The notes under the pieces: model-generated
Seen by the model: only the letters and a program-made list of their open reading frames with translations
The model's database searches: none
What the model was told of the DNA's origin: nothing
Assembly (NCBI GenBank): GCA_027317865.1
Contig: DAHVQG010000001.1
Location: 96,001 to 160,000, forward strand
DNA length: 64,000 nucleotides
Source of the DNA: Bdellovibrionales bacterium
GTDB taxonomy: Bacteria > Bdellovibrionota > Bdellovibrionia > Bdellovibrionales > UBA1609
Direction: 5' to 3'
Part shown: piece by piece, positions 28,589 to 38,127 of the stretch
How the letters are laid out: each line of letters begins with the position of its first letter
Position numbering within the stretch: position 1 is the first letter of the stretch
Made by a program: the position numbers and the translations under genes

Positions 28589-28833
28589 TCCCGCCTCCTT
28601 CCGTAAACCACGCTTAAACAATGATGTAAATGCTTTAACCCTTACGCTCACTCTACTTTAATAGAGTGGCGCAACCGTAATTCATCATTTGGGATTTTAC
28701 AACTTTCGAATAGGGTTTGGGCTGCGTAAGTTTTACAATTGCGCCAAACGCTGAATTGTTGAACACTTATCGCGCATAAATTTTCTGTGAGCGGCTTCGT
28801 ACTGTTCAACATTTGGACGTATTATTTAGATTT

Positions 28834-29301
28834 TCAGTTGCTGAAAAAAGCGACGACGTTATGTGAAGTCGTGCTCAACTGAAACGACCGGGTTGTAAAC
28901 TCGTAGTCCATCACGGGTTCAAAATTAAAATAGCGATTGGGCTGGCAAATCGAAGGCGTGGTAATAACCGTACCGATGTTTACCACATTATTCGCACCCC
29001 AAACTACCGTCGCATTATATTGGGCCGTTCCGAGGTAGGTGTTGCCGCTATAGCACGCAAAGGTACCGCTGATTTGTGTGCTGCTTGAAATCGTAACAGT
29101 CATTTGCCCGCCCGGTATCGGTTGTTTACTGGGCCACGTCGGCGAACCTTCAACTCGCGTGAGGGTGTACGTGTTACCGATTAAACTTTGAACGAGTACT
29201 GGATTGCCAATGGAACCTAGTGGCGCGGGAGGGGCCTTTCCACAGCTCGTTAGCGTGACGGTTAGGGCAAGAACTGAAATGAACGCTAAAGATTTAGCCA
29301 T
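28834..29301 (-). CDS. Lipoprotein, META/HslJ-like
   Basis: Lipobox LTSC; YTLTRVEG…ISGTFAC…GTVITTPSIC pattern. Confidence 0.55.
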   Translation of the reverse strand: MAKSLAFISVLALTVTLTSCGKAPPAPLGSIGNPVLVQSLIGNTYTLTRVEGSPTWPSKQPIPGGQMTVTISSSTQISGTFACYSGNTYLGTAQYNATVVWGANNVVNIGTVITTPSICQPNRYFNFEPVMDYEFTTRSFQLSTTSHNVVAFFSN

Positions 29302-29396
29302 TGGTGTATTCAATGACATCGACTGAAAGCGTGACACGCAATAAAAGGTTGCGCAACAAAAAGATCCCGGGATATGAATTGTCTGTCATCGTATTA

Positions 29397-29483
29397 GCCC
29401 TCATGGCGGAACTGGCAGACGCGCTACATTCAGGGTGTAGTAGGAGCAATCCTGTGAGTGTTCAAATCACTCTGAGGGCACCA
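29397..29483 (+). tRNA. tRNA-Leu(CAG)
   Basis: Acceptor GCCCTCA/TGAGGGC-ACCA, anticodon arm CTACA-TTCAGGG-TGTAG, long variable arm, GAGTG-TTCAAAT-CACTC. Confidence 0.96.
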
Positions 29484-30149
29484 ATCAGATTCTATATAAT
29501 CAAAAATGGCCTTGCGCACAGCTTCGGCGAAATGGTTCAAACGATTGCGGTTAAACAATAACTCGTGACGAAGGCGCGATGAGATCTCTATTTGAACGCC
29601 CTTTTCCCCCGCGCGATTCACGATATTTGAGCTGTGTACGCCTTTAAAGCGTTGAGCAGGGTACTCGACGGCTAAACCACTTTTTTTAAACGCTTGCGCT
29701 AATTCGGCGGTGAGCGGTCTATTTAACCCTCCCAAAATAACTAACGAATTCTGCTCGTCATTATATCCGTGAATGGAGATGGCAATTCGTGAGCGAGTCA
29801 CTAGTGCTACAGCTTGTGGCTCGTCAAAGTTCGCACTGGTGATATGCATGCCGAAATTTTCGCCGTCCTTTATCCCTTCGAAAAGATAGAGGTTGAAGTC
29901 GGTTTTGGCGATGGCGCGAGCAATTTCACTGGTGCCAAATTCTATTTTGCCGGCATGTGGCCCAATTATTGTGACGGGGCTCTCATTCCGTCTGATCTCG
30001 ATTTTGAAATCGGCCCCTTCTTTCTCGTGCCTTTTGAGATCGGCGAAATTTCGGTACTCATCATGGTTTGCCGCGAGATCTTTCGCGCAATTGTCGGCGT
30101 GGGCGCATAGGCCAAAAAATAAAATAATAAAAATCGAAAACTTTATCAC
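29430..30149 (-). CDS. Secreted poly-gamma-glutamate hydrolase family protein (DUF867/PghP-like)
   Basis: PHAGKIEFGTSEIA, HITSANFDEP, SIHG and GVQIEIS motifs; signal peptide …CAHA. Confidence 0.88.
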   Translation of the reverse strand: MIKFSIFIILFFGLCAHADNCAKDLAANHDEYRNFADLKRHEKEGADFKIEIRRNESPVTIIGPHAGKIEFGTSEIARAIAKTDFNLYLFEGIKDGENFGMHITSANFDEPQAVALVTRSRIAISIHGYNDEQNSLVILGGLNRPLTAELAQAFKKSGLAVEYPAQRFKGVHSSNIVNRAGEKGVQIEISSRLRHELLFNRNRLNHFAEAVRKAIFDYIESDWCPQSDLNTHRIAPTTP

Positions 30150-30171
30150 GCGGAGTGAATACCACGCCGGT

Positions 30172-30618
30172 TTATTGATTGTTTACATAATAAAGTTTGC
30201 GGCCGTTTATGATGTAAACATTATTGGGCGAACGCTTGTACAACTTGCCATCGATGTAGACAAACGCGCTTTTGCCAGTTGGCTTTGGTGTTGCCGCCGA
30301 AGTCGACGCGGTAAACCTGCCTGGCGCTTGCATCGGGCTAACGGTTTGACTGTATTGGCGGTGATTATTGTTCAATATTCGCTCAACGGCAGCGCGGGCC
30401 TTGGGCGGCAGCTTTTGCGCGAGCGAGGCCATGGCTTGTCGCGGATTCTGACTCAACGAAAGCTTGATGAAGCCAAAAAGGGCAGCGCCGCCAATGAGGA
30501 GTATTACAAGGCCTTTTGGGAAGCGCGACTTCGATCGCCGCGTGATCGGATGAAAACCGGTCGGCGAGGGCTTGACCTTGGCCAGGTCCGAAAAATAGTC
30601 TTCTGGTTTTTTCTCCAT
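30172..30618 (-). CDS. Single-TM hypothetical protein
   Basis: One hydrophobic segment; C-terminal duplicated YIDGKLY/IINGRKLY. Confidence 0.6.
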   Translation of the reverse strand: MEKKPEDYFSDLAKVKPSPTGFHPITRRSKSRFPKGLVILLIGGAALFGFIKLSLSQNPRQAMASLAQKLPPKARAAVERILNNNHRQYSQTVSPMQAPGRFTASTSAATPKPTGKSAFVYIDGKLYKRSPNNVYIINGRKLYYVNNQ

Positions 30619-30876
30619 TGCAAGCCTATCGGCTGCCAACTTATTTAGTTTAACTAGGCGAAAGGCGCGGCGATTTCGCAAGACTCAATCCGGCGAGTTG
30701 GAGCGCTGCAGACTGTAAAACGACCCATTAATTTCAGTCAAATTAAGCCTATGGCTATCGTATTAGGCCGGATCCGGCTTTCATCGATGCAATTTTGATA
30801 CATTGAATTTTGCCGCTTGCAAAGCGCGGCGAAGCTTACTAGTTTCTCCCCCATCGATTCATTTCCGGGGGAACAA

Positions 30877-31845
30877 TTGAAATCACTAATTTCTATGGCG
30901 ATTTTTATCTTTGCCTTACTGTTCGCGATGGGGCCGCGTGCTTTTGCTGAGAGTTCCAGCATTTCGGCCCCCAGTATAACCTTTAAATTGACTCGAAAAG
31001 CGAAGCGTAAAATTCGCGCGAAAGTGCGAGCGGCGCAAGGCAAGGGTTTTGACCATGAAGTGACGGATATTCAAATGCGGGCTGCTTCGGGGGCGCAAAC
31101 GAAGTTCAGTTCAAGTTACATGATTCACTATTGGGGGCCGGCGATTAACGATCTTGGCAGCGGTAACCGTCCATTGATTGGCGGCATACGACAACAAAGC
31201 CCGGTCAGCGTCGACGGAGATATCGGACTTCGTTACCGATTTAATGAAAACGATAGTTTATTTTTAGCCGTCGGCTTGTATAAATCCGACCCGCTTCATA
31301 CAAGCGAAGCGTCTAAACCTATGACGGTTAACACGCCACAAATTAATTTCAATTCAACTCGTCGGGTGGCTGGCGTCGAAGTCGCCAGCGATACGGTCGC
31401 CTATATAACAACAATCCCTTGGCAGTTGAAGTATAACCAAATCGGCAAACTTGCCGAATATGTCACGTTTTTGAAATCAATCGGTCTTTCAAGGTTCGAC
31501 ACCGGAGCATGGGTGAACGTTTCGTATACGGCTTACGGGAATGAGCGTGTTTCGAATCTCGTTGCAAGTAAGCAAAACGATTTTGACTTAGTTGTGGCAC
31601 CAACATTGGATTTTCGTCCAACGCGAAACACAAAACTCTGGTCGTCAATCGGGTTGGTCAATTTGATGCATTACCGATCCAATCCAGGGTTTTCCGGTTT
31701 TACTCCCCAAGCTTTAACGGGCTATTTCGGATTGGGCGTTGCAATCGTTCGTAACCTTTATGTGGATCCATACGTCCAGTTTGAGCCTACTCAAATGGCG
31801 CTAAACAAAACTATTTTCAATCTTTCATCGGACATGAATTTTTAG
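30877..31845 (+). CDS. Secreted, probable outer-membrane beta-barrel hypothetical
   Basis: Signal peptide …AFA, amphipathic beta pattern, C-terminal Phe. Confidence 0.65.
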   Translation: MKSLISMAIFIFALLFAMGPRAFAESSSISAPSITFKLTRKAKRKIRAKVRAAQGKGFDHEVTDIQMRAASGAQTKFSSSYMIHYWGPAINDLGSGNRPLIGGIRQQSPVSVDGDIGLRYRFNENDSLFLAVGLYKSDPLHTSEASKPMTVNTPQINFNSTRRVAGVEVASDTVAYITTIPWQLKYNQIGKLAEYVTFLKSIGLSRFDTGAWVNVSYTAYGNERVSNLVASKQNDFDLVVAPTLDFRPTRNTKLWSSIGLVNLMHYRSNPGFSGFTPQALTGYFGLGVAIVRNLYVDPYVQFEPTQMALNKTIFNLSSDMNF

Positions 31846-31928
31846 GCTGGACTTGTCGTCATATCTGTTTGTGCCTAGACTAGTAAATTGCGCAGTTGAA
31901 GTGAAAATTGATGTTGGGGTGAAGCGGC

Positions 31929-32348
31929 ATGTTCAGTGGGGATGCGCGATTTCTAGTAGTTGATGACACCGTCGCAGCACGTGACGGAATTCGTAAAACA
32001 TTAAATAAACTCGGATTCGTAAACGTCGATGAAGCCGAAGACGGGCGCGATGCAATTGAAAAAATAAAGAACGCGGCAAGTGACAGCCGGCCCTATGCAG
32101 TGGTTTTTCTAGACCTCAATATGCCCGAAATGGACGGGCTCAAGACTCTCGAAGTGATACGGCGAGACCCAAATATCCAAGGCACTCCAGTCGTCGTCGT
32201 GACGACAGAAAGTGCGAAACCCACCGTGATTTCTGCAGTGATGAAAGGTGTCTCCGGGTACATCGTCAAACCTTTTTCGCCTGATGACATAAAGAAAAAG
32301 GTCATCGAAATTTTTCAGCGTTCGCAACAAGAAAGTAACGTGCACTAA
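31929..32348 (+). CDS. CheY-like single-domain response regulator
   Basis: VVDD, DLNMPEMDG and YIVKPF. Confidence 0.92.
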   Translation: MFSGDARFLVVDDTVAARDGIRKTLNKLGFVNVDEAEDGRDAIEKIKNAASDSRPYAVVFLDLNMPEMDGLKTLEVIRRDPNIQGTPVVVVTTESAKPTVISAVMKGVSGYIVKPFSPDDIKKKVIEIFQRSQQESNVH

Positions 32349-32412
32349 AAGAAAAGTCGCCCGATATTGACGCGGCACTGGCGCCGTTGCTGAGAGCCTG
32401 ATAGATTGATGC

Positions 32413-33531
32413 ATGGCCAGTTTAAAAATCCTCCACATCGGTAACGAATTGTCTTGGCGTGGTGGCGAAAATCAAGTGCGCCTTCTTATCAGTGGATTGC
32501 GTTCTTTTGGAGTGGAATCGTTTGTGGCCTATCCGAAAGAAAGCCGCGGTTTTGTGCGGTTTTCGCAGTTACGCGGGCCGCAAGGTCCCGTTGACGTGTT
32601 GGGATTGCCGTCAAGGCGCGCGTTTGACCCGCGGAATGTTCGTGAACTTGTTCGTTGGTGTACCCAGCACAAAATTCAAATTCTCGATGCGCACAGCTCG
32701 GGCGCCATGTCGATGGCGATCAAAGTCAAGAAGCGGCTCCCGAAGTTGAAGCTCATCGTACATCGCCGGGTGGATAATCCGATCAAACGCAGTTGGGTTA
32801 CCAGGCGAAAATATTTAAATCCAAAAATTGACCGCTATGTTTGCATCTCAAACGCAATTGGCCGAATCGTCGAAGAATACGGTGTCAAACCTGACCGCAT
32901 ATCTATTATTCGAAGCGCGGTTGAAGAAACGCCTTATATTCATCTCGACAAAATGGCAGCTAAACACAGTTTGGCCGGGAATTCTGTTCCATTAGATATT
33001 GCGTGGATTGGCAATGCCTCCGCATTTACCAAACAAAAAGGTCACGATACGCTGATCCGTGCCTGTCAAATTCTGCAAGAAAGAAGTGTGAGGTATGTTT
33101 GCTGGCTTGCAGGCGACGGGCCGATGTTGAAGCAATCGCAAAGGTTGGTAGAAGACCTTAATTTGGCCGACGAAATAAAATTCATCGGCCACCTTCAGCA
33201 TGTAACAAAATTTATTTCAGCACTTGATATTCTTGCCGTGCCTTCAAATAACGAGGGACTTGGCACAATTTTGCTAGAAGGCGCGCATGCCCATTGTGCT
33301 TTGGTCGCCTCCAAAGTTGGCGGCATCCCTGAAATCATTCATCACGGTGAAACCGGTTTTTTGATTAAACCCGGCGATGCGCGCGAATTGGCGGATCGTC
33401 TTGAAGAACTTATCACGAATGGCCCGCAACGCGAGAAGTTCGCTACAGCGGCGCGCGATTTTGTTCACGCCAATTTTTCAGTAGAACAAATGGTACGAGG
33501 TAACCTCGAAGTCTACCGCGAGCTTATTTAG
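32413..33531 (+). CDS. Glycosyltransferase family 4
   Basis: WRGGENQ, KQKGH, EGLGTILLE and VGGIPEII. Confidence 0.92.
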   Translation: MASLKILHIGNELSWRGGENQVRLLISGLRSFGVESFVAYPKESRGFVRFSQLRGPQGPVDVLGLPSRRAFDPRNVRELVRWCTQHKIQILDAHSSGAMSMAIKVKKRLPKLKLIVHRRVDNPIKRSWVTRRKYLNPKIDRYVCISNAIGRIVEEYGVKPDRISIIRSAVEETPYIHLDKMAAKHSLAGNSVPLDIAWIGNASAFTKQKGHDTLIRACQILQERSVRYVCWLAGDGPMLKQSQRLVEDLNLADEIKFIGHLQHVTKFISALDILAVPSNNEGLGTILLEGAHAHCALVASKVGGIPEIIHHGETGFLIKPGDARELADRLEELITNGPQREKFATAARDFVHANFSVEQMVRGNLEVYRELI

Positions 33532-35246
33532 CTGTACTGCATCTCATGAAACTTAAAATATTCGCCTCGGCGGGCGAGAAGTTGGTCGTGGTTGCCCTCT
33601 TCAACAATTTCACCTTTTTTGAGTACGATAATGCGAGTGGCTTTGGCGATTGTTGAAAGTCGGTGAGCGATCACGATAGCGGTGCGGCCCTCAAGAAGTT
33701 GATTGAGCCCTTTTTGGACTTCTTTTTCACTTTCAGAATCAAGAGCGCTGGTGGCTTCATCTAGAATAAGTATAGGCGCATCCTTTAAAATGGCGCGGGC
33801 AATGCTGATGCGCTGCTTTTCTCCGCCTGAAATCCGGCTGCCAAAATCGCCAACCGACGTTTGATATCCAAATGGTGTTTGTTGAATAAACGCATCGGCG
33901 TTAGCAAGCCGCGCGGCTTCGCGAACCTCAGCCGAACCCTTTTCAAGATTGCCAAGTTGAATATTGCGCTCGATCGAATCGTTAAACAAAAACACATCCT
34001 GTGTCACAAGCGCAATGTGCCGCCTAAGATCGCTGAGCCGAATGCGCGATATGGGCGCGTCATCAATTAATATTTCACCCTCTTGAGGGTCAAAAAATCT
34101 TTGCGCGAGATTAGCTAAAGTGGATTTGCCACTGCCGCTGGAGCCGACAATCGCCACTATCTCAGAGCGGTGGATGGTTAAATTAAGTCGCTTTAAAATC
34201 GGCTCATCACCGTATGAAAACGTAACATTTCGAAATTCAATTTTTTGCCAATTTTCTGGAAATGGTAACGGCTCGTCAGGGTCCATTACGTTTGGTTGTG
34301 ACTGTAGAATATTTTCGAGCCGCTCCATTCCGGCGCCGGCCTGCTGTACGCGTATGTAAGCGCTTTGCAACCGGCGAAATGAATCTTGCAGTAGGCCCAT
34401 TGCAAATATGAAGGTCATAAAAGTTGCAACGGTGAGGTGTGAATGAAATATTTGAAAATTGACGAATTCAAATAACCCGATCAAAAAGATCGCCATAAGT
34501 GATTCACTGACCGGACTGCCGAGTTCTTCGCGTGCGACAATTTCGCGCCTCGTCTGAAGATAGAGATCGGCTTGCGCATTGAATTTTCGATGCATTTCGC
34601 CTTCGAGTAAAAACGATTGCACCACGCGTGTTCCGTCAAGACTTTCTTTTAACGTACGCGTGAGATCTTCTAAAGATTCTTGGCTCTGGTGCGCGTATTT
34701 TCGAATGCTGCGCGCGAGATTACGAAGTACGGCGATGACGAAAGGAGCCGCCACGACCAAAAATAAAGTGAGCTTCCAGTCGAGATAAACCATGTAGCTA
34801 AGCAGCCCGACGATCAAAAGCGGTTCGCGTAAGACGTCGGCAATTTTATCGAGACCCTCCCTGATGATGACAATGTCGTTGAGCATACGCGAAATGAGGC
34901 CGCCTGTTCCGCGTTCGATTTCTTGAAAAAACGACAGGTTAAGCGAGAGATATTTATCCATGAGTTGGCGGCGTTGGTTAACCGAAATTTTTTCGGCGGT
35001 GAATTTCATTATGTAAATATGAAAATAGCGGGCGACGCAACTGACGATCCACATGAGCCCGAGCCCCACAGGGAGTAGCCAAATTTCGCGAGTCTCCGTA
35101 TGATTTTGCCAGGCCGTAAAGAGAAGATTCGTCAACGGCGGAATGGCGAGCTTAAATCCACTCGTCACAACTCCGAGAATCAAAACAAGGATGAGGTCTT
35201 TTCGGTAGGCCTTTATTTGAGGCCAAAGTTTTAGCCAGACTTTCAT
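33528..35246 (-). CDS. MsbA-like ABC exporter (TMD plus NBD)
   Basis: Multi-TM N-terminal half; GSSGSGKS, ISGGEKQR and LDEATSALD. Confidence 0.92.
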   Translation of the reverse strand: MKVWLKLWPQIKAYRKDLILVLILGVVTSGFKLAIPPLTNLLFTAWQNHTETREIWLLPVGLGLMWIVSCVARYFHIYIMKFTAEKISVNQRRQLMDKYLSLNLSFFQEIERGTGGLISRMLNDIVIIREGLDKIADVLREPLLIVGLLSYMVYLDWKLTLFLVVAAPFVIAVLRNLARSIRKYAHQSQESLEDLTRTLKESLDGTRVVQSFLLEGEMHRKFNAQADLYLQTRREIVAREELGSPVSESLMAIFLIGLFEFVNFQIFHSHLTVATFMTFIFAMGLLQDSFRRLQSAYIRVQQAGAGMERLENILQSQPNVMDPDEPLPFPENWQKIEFRNVTFSYGDEPILKRLNLTIHRSEIVAIVGSSGSGKSTLANLAQRFFDPQEGEILIDDAPISRIRLSDLRRHIALVTQDVFLFNDSIERNIQLGNLEKGSAEVREAARLANADAFIQQTPFGYQTSVGDFGSRISGGEKQRISIARAILKDAPILILDEATSALDSESEKEVQKGLNQLLEGRTAIVIAHRLSTIAKATRIIVLKKGEIVEEGNHDQLLARRGEYFKFHEMQYS

Positions 35247-35292
35247 TGCGTAAATTTTAAATTAGCGGCTACGGTGAAAATAAGCAAGCGGG

Positions 35293-36102
35293 TTACCGGT
35301 ACGCGCGGGTAGATTCTCGTTTTCCAGAAAACCCGCGAAAGGGCACAAGCTTGAAATGGGCGCGGTTGAGGGCGCGGTTGAGCCGTCCGGTAGCTGCATA
35401 AGTGGCAAATCCGCAGGGGTCATCGGCGGCTGAAGCGAGTAACCAATCGAGAAATTCATCGTTCCACAGTTCGGGAGTGGCCTTAGTACTGAAGGCATCA
35501 AAGAATATGACGTTGAACTTTTGTTGAAACTGAGCGGTGGAGTCAAGACGTTCACGTATTTGCCAGCGGTTATTGTTGTACAATTCGCGGCCCAAATCTT
35601 TTAATTCTTGTTCACGCATTTTAAAATGCTCGGCAACGCGGGCAACAACATCGCTAAAAAGTCCCGCCACTGACGAGTCATCGTTTTTTATGAGCCAGTT
35701 GGTAAAATTTTTTCGCAGAAACGAATTTGATTCAAAGCTTTCGACGTACACGTTTGAACGAGTGTTTTTAATTTTAGCGAGTGCAATCCATTCGTTGTAT
35801 CCGCATCCAAGACCAACCGACAAAATTTTTAGCTCTCGGTCTCGCAGAAAGGGTTCTTCGAGTAGCGAACCATAAATGTAAAGACTTTCACTTAGCGCTC
35901 CGTCACAGTGATGCATAGCTTCGGGTGACTTCATTTCTTGAGCGCAATCGCTTACATTCCACATGCGAATCGAGGGGCTGCCGTCACGAGTTACAATAAA
36001 CTGAAATGAATAACCGTCTTGTGTGATTGTGGGGGCACCGCTAGAAAGTGGTAGCTCCTTCGCGCTTGCGAAATCGAAGTCAGACTGGCAGTATTGCGCC
36101 AT
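35293..36102 (-). CDS. mnmD: Stand-alone MnmC-type tRNA U34 methyltransferase domain (start uncertain)
   Basis: TRDGSPS, MHH.DGALSESLYIY, VGLGCGYN, FFDAFS…PELW and GFSGKRE. Confidence 0.8.
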   Translation of the reverse strand: MAQYCQSDFDFASAKELPLSSGAPTITQDGYSFQFIVTRDGSPSIRMWNVSDCAQEMKSPEAMHHCDGALSESLYIYGSLLEEPFLRDRELKILSVGLGCGYNEWIALAKIKNTRSNVYVESFESNSFLRKNFTNWLIKNDDSSVAGLFSDVVARVAEHFKMREQELKDLGRELYNNNRWQIRERLDSTAQFQQKFNVIFFDAFSTKATPELWNDEFLDWLLASAADDPCGFATYAATGRLNRALNRAHFKLVPFRGFSGKRESTRAYR

Positions 36103-37099
36103 GCAAGCCAATCTACCCTATAATCCGATTAGCCGCCACTACCGGGAGCGGTTTGGGCAAAAAATCTATAAGATCCCAGTTTCAACAGCGACAACCTGCC
36201 CGAATCGGCAGGGGATTCGCGGTATGAAAACTTGCAACTTTTGCGATGCCTGGGGCTCGTCGGCCTACCCGGATTTGCAAAATCAATCGCTTGGGGAGCA
36301 AATTGCCGAATCACGAAAACGAGTTCTTTCACGAATCAACTGTGCTAGATTTTTAGTTTATTTTCAGGCCTACACAACAACTTTTGCCCGCGTTGTTGAA
36401 CTGCGCAAGCATATTGAAATTGCCCTTGCTGAGCCGAACGTCGTGGGAGTGGTTATTGGCACGCGGCCGGATTGCATTTCTGATGCGCTGATTGAACTAC
36501 TGCGCGAGACGAGCCAAAAAGCTTACGTTGCAATTGAATACGGGGTGCAAAGTTTTGACGAAAATCAACTCGTGTGGATGAGGCGCGGGCACACGGCCGC
36601 TCGTTCGATCAAGGCAATTGAAAGGACACGCGAACAGCTCCCACAGGTGCAAATCGGTATCCATCTGATTTTGGGTTTGCCTGATGAACGTGATGGCGAT
36701 CTCATAAAGGCTGCGGAAATTTCAAACGGATTGCCGATTGACGACGTAAAGCTCCACAATTTGCACGTTTTGGTTAATACTCCGCTGGCCGATGACTTTG
36801 CGTCGGGCCGCTTTACGCCGGTTTCACTTGAAGAATACGCGCGGCGTGTGACGATCTATCTGCAACATTTGCGTCCGGGTATGTACGTACATCGTTTAGC
36901 CGCGCTTTCGAGCCGCCATGAAGAACTGGTTGCGCCAAAATGGACAGCGAGAAAAATGGAGTCCTATCAATTTATTTTAGATTATATGCGCGCGCAGGGG
37001 GCTTTTCAGGGGCAATTGTACCGTGAGCGTTTGGGTATTACCGAAAGCAAATGTTGCGAGGGCAAAAATGAAACTCGAATCGATGTCGTTTCGTTATGA
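36101..37099 (+). CDS. TIGR01212 family radical SAM protein (YhcC/YtqA-like)
   Basis: TCPNR…CNFC, YFQAYT, GTRPDC, RRGH and VKLHNLHV. Confidence 0.9.
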   Translation: MQANLPYNPISRHYRERFGQKIYKIPVSTATTCPNRQGIRGMKTCNFCDAWGSSAYPDLQNQSLGEQIAESRKRVLSRINCARFLVYFQAYTTTFARVVELRKHIEIALAEPNVVGVVIGTRPDCISDALIELLRETSQKAYVAIEYGVQSFDENQLVWMRRGHTAARSIKAIERTREQLPQVQIGIHLILGLPDERDGDLIKAAEISNGLPIDDVKLHNLHVLVNTPLADDFASGRFTPVSLEEYARRVTIYLQHLRPGMYVHRLAALSSRHEELVAPKWTARKMESYQFILDYMRAQGAFQGQLYRERLGITESKCCEGKNETRIDVVSL

Positions 37100-38126
37100 T
37101 GGCCGACAAATTTCAGTGCTCGATCAGACACGTTTGCCGCACGAGCAAGTCTGGCTCGATGCAACTGAACCACGGCAAATGATCGAGGCGATTAAATCAT
37201 TACGAGTGCGCGGAGCTCCCCTGATCGGGCTTGCCGCAGCTGTAGCTCTCGCCCATACAGCTCAAACGGTGAACGAAGACGAGGTGCGGACAATTGCGGG
37301 AGAATTGCGTGCGTCACGGCCCACGGCAGTGAATTTGATGTATTGTTTGGACCGGCTGATGAAATTTGCCCCCGGTCAAATGGATGCGGGACAAATGCTG
37401 AACGATGCGGCCGAGCTTTTTTATGAAGATCAAGCGCTTTGCGACAGAATTGCAAAACATGGCGCCGATTTCTTGAAAGAGAAAATCAAAGTTTCACAAT
37501 TCAAAATTCTCACGCACTGTAATACGGGCGGGCTTGCTACGGCAGGCGTCGGTACCGCGATCGGAGTTATCCGCGAGTTAAATAAACAATTGGGGAATGT
37601 ACACGTTTTTGTGGATGAAACTCGTCCACTTTTACAAGGCGGTCGTCTGACGGCGTGGGAAATGGCAAAGCTCTCGATTTCGCACACGCTGATTTGTGAC
37701 AGTATGGCGGCAAGTCTTATGCGCGATGGCCGCGTGAATTGTGTGATCGTGGGGTGCGATCGTATTGCGCGCAATGGTGATTTTGCCAACAAAATCGGCA
37801 CCTATTCTCTTGCCGTTCTGGCGCGACACCATGGCATTCCGTTTTTTGTCGCTGGCCCCAGTACAACGGTGGACTTGCAATGTGAATCGGCAAAAGATAT
37901 TCCGATAGAAGAGCGCGAAGCTGCAGAAGTGCGGGGTGTGACGGGGGCGTTCGGCAATATGACATGGGCCCCCGCGGAGTCACCGGTGTGGAATCCGGCC
38001 TTTGACGTGACACCACATGAATTGGTCGCGGCTTGGATTCTCGATCGCGGCGTCTACACCGAACCGGCGGTAATGGTAGAAGAAATGGTTGGATCAATGG
38101 CTAAAACAGAGCGAAGGGGTCTCTGA
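37068..38126 (+). CDS. mtnA: Methylthioribose-1-phosphate isomerase
   Basis: VRGAP, RPTAVNL, THCNTGGLAT, ETRPLLQG and NPAFDVTP. Confidence 0.96.
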   Translation: MKLESMSFRYDGRQISVLDQTRLPHEQVWLDATEPRQMIEAIKSLRVRGAPLIGLAAAVALAHTAQTVNEDEVRTIAGELRASRPTAVNLMYCLDRLMKFAPGQMDAGQMLNDAAELFYEDQALCDRIAKHGADFLKEKIKVSQFKILTHCNTGGLATAGVGTAIGVIRELNKQLGNVHVFVDETRPLLQGGRLTAWEMAKLSISHTLICDSMAASLMRDGRVNCVIVGCDRIARNGDFANKIGTYSLAVLARHHGIPFFVAGPSTTVDLQCESAKDIPIEEREAAEVRGVTGAFGNMTWAPAESPVWNPAFDVTPHELVAAWILDRGVYTEPAVMVEEMVGSMAKTERRGL

Positions 38127-38127
38127 C

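Noticed and set aside
22836-29483. Prophage or integrative element between the tRNAs
   Set aside because: No integrase or phage genes, and no duplicated tRNA 3' end seen. The two tRNAs are distinct isoacceptors.
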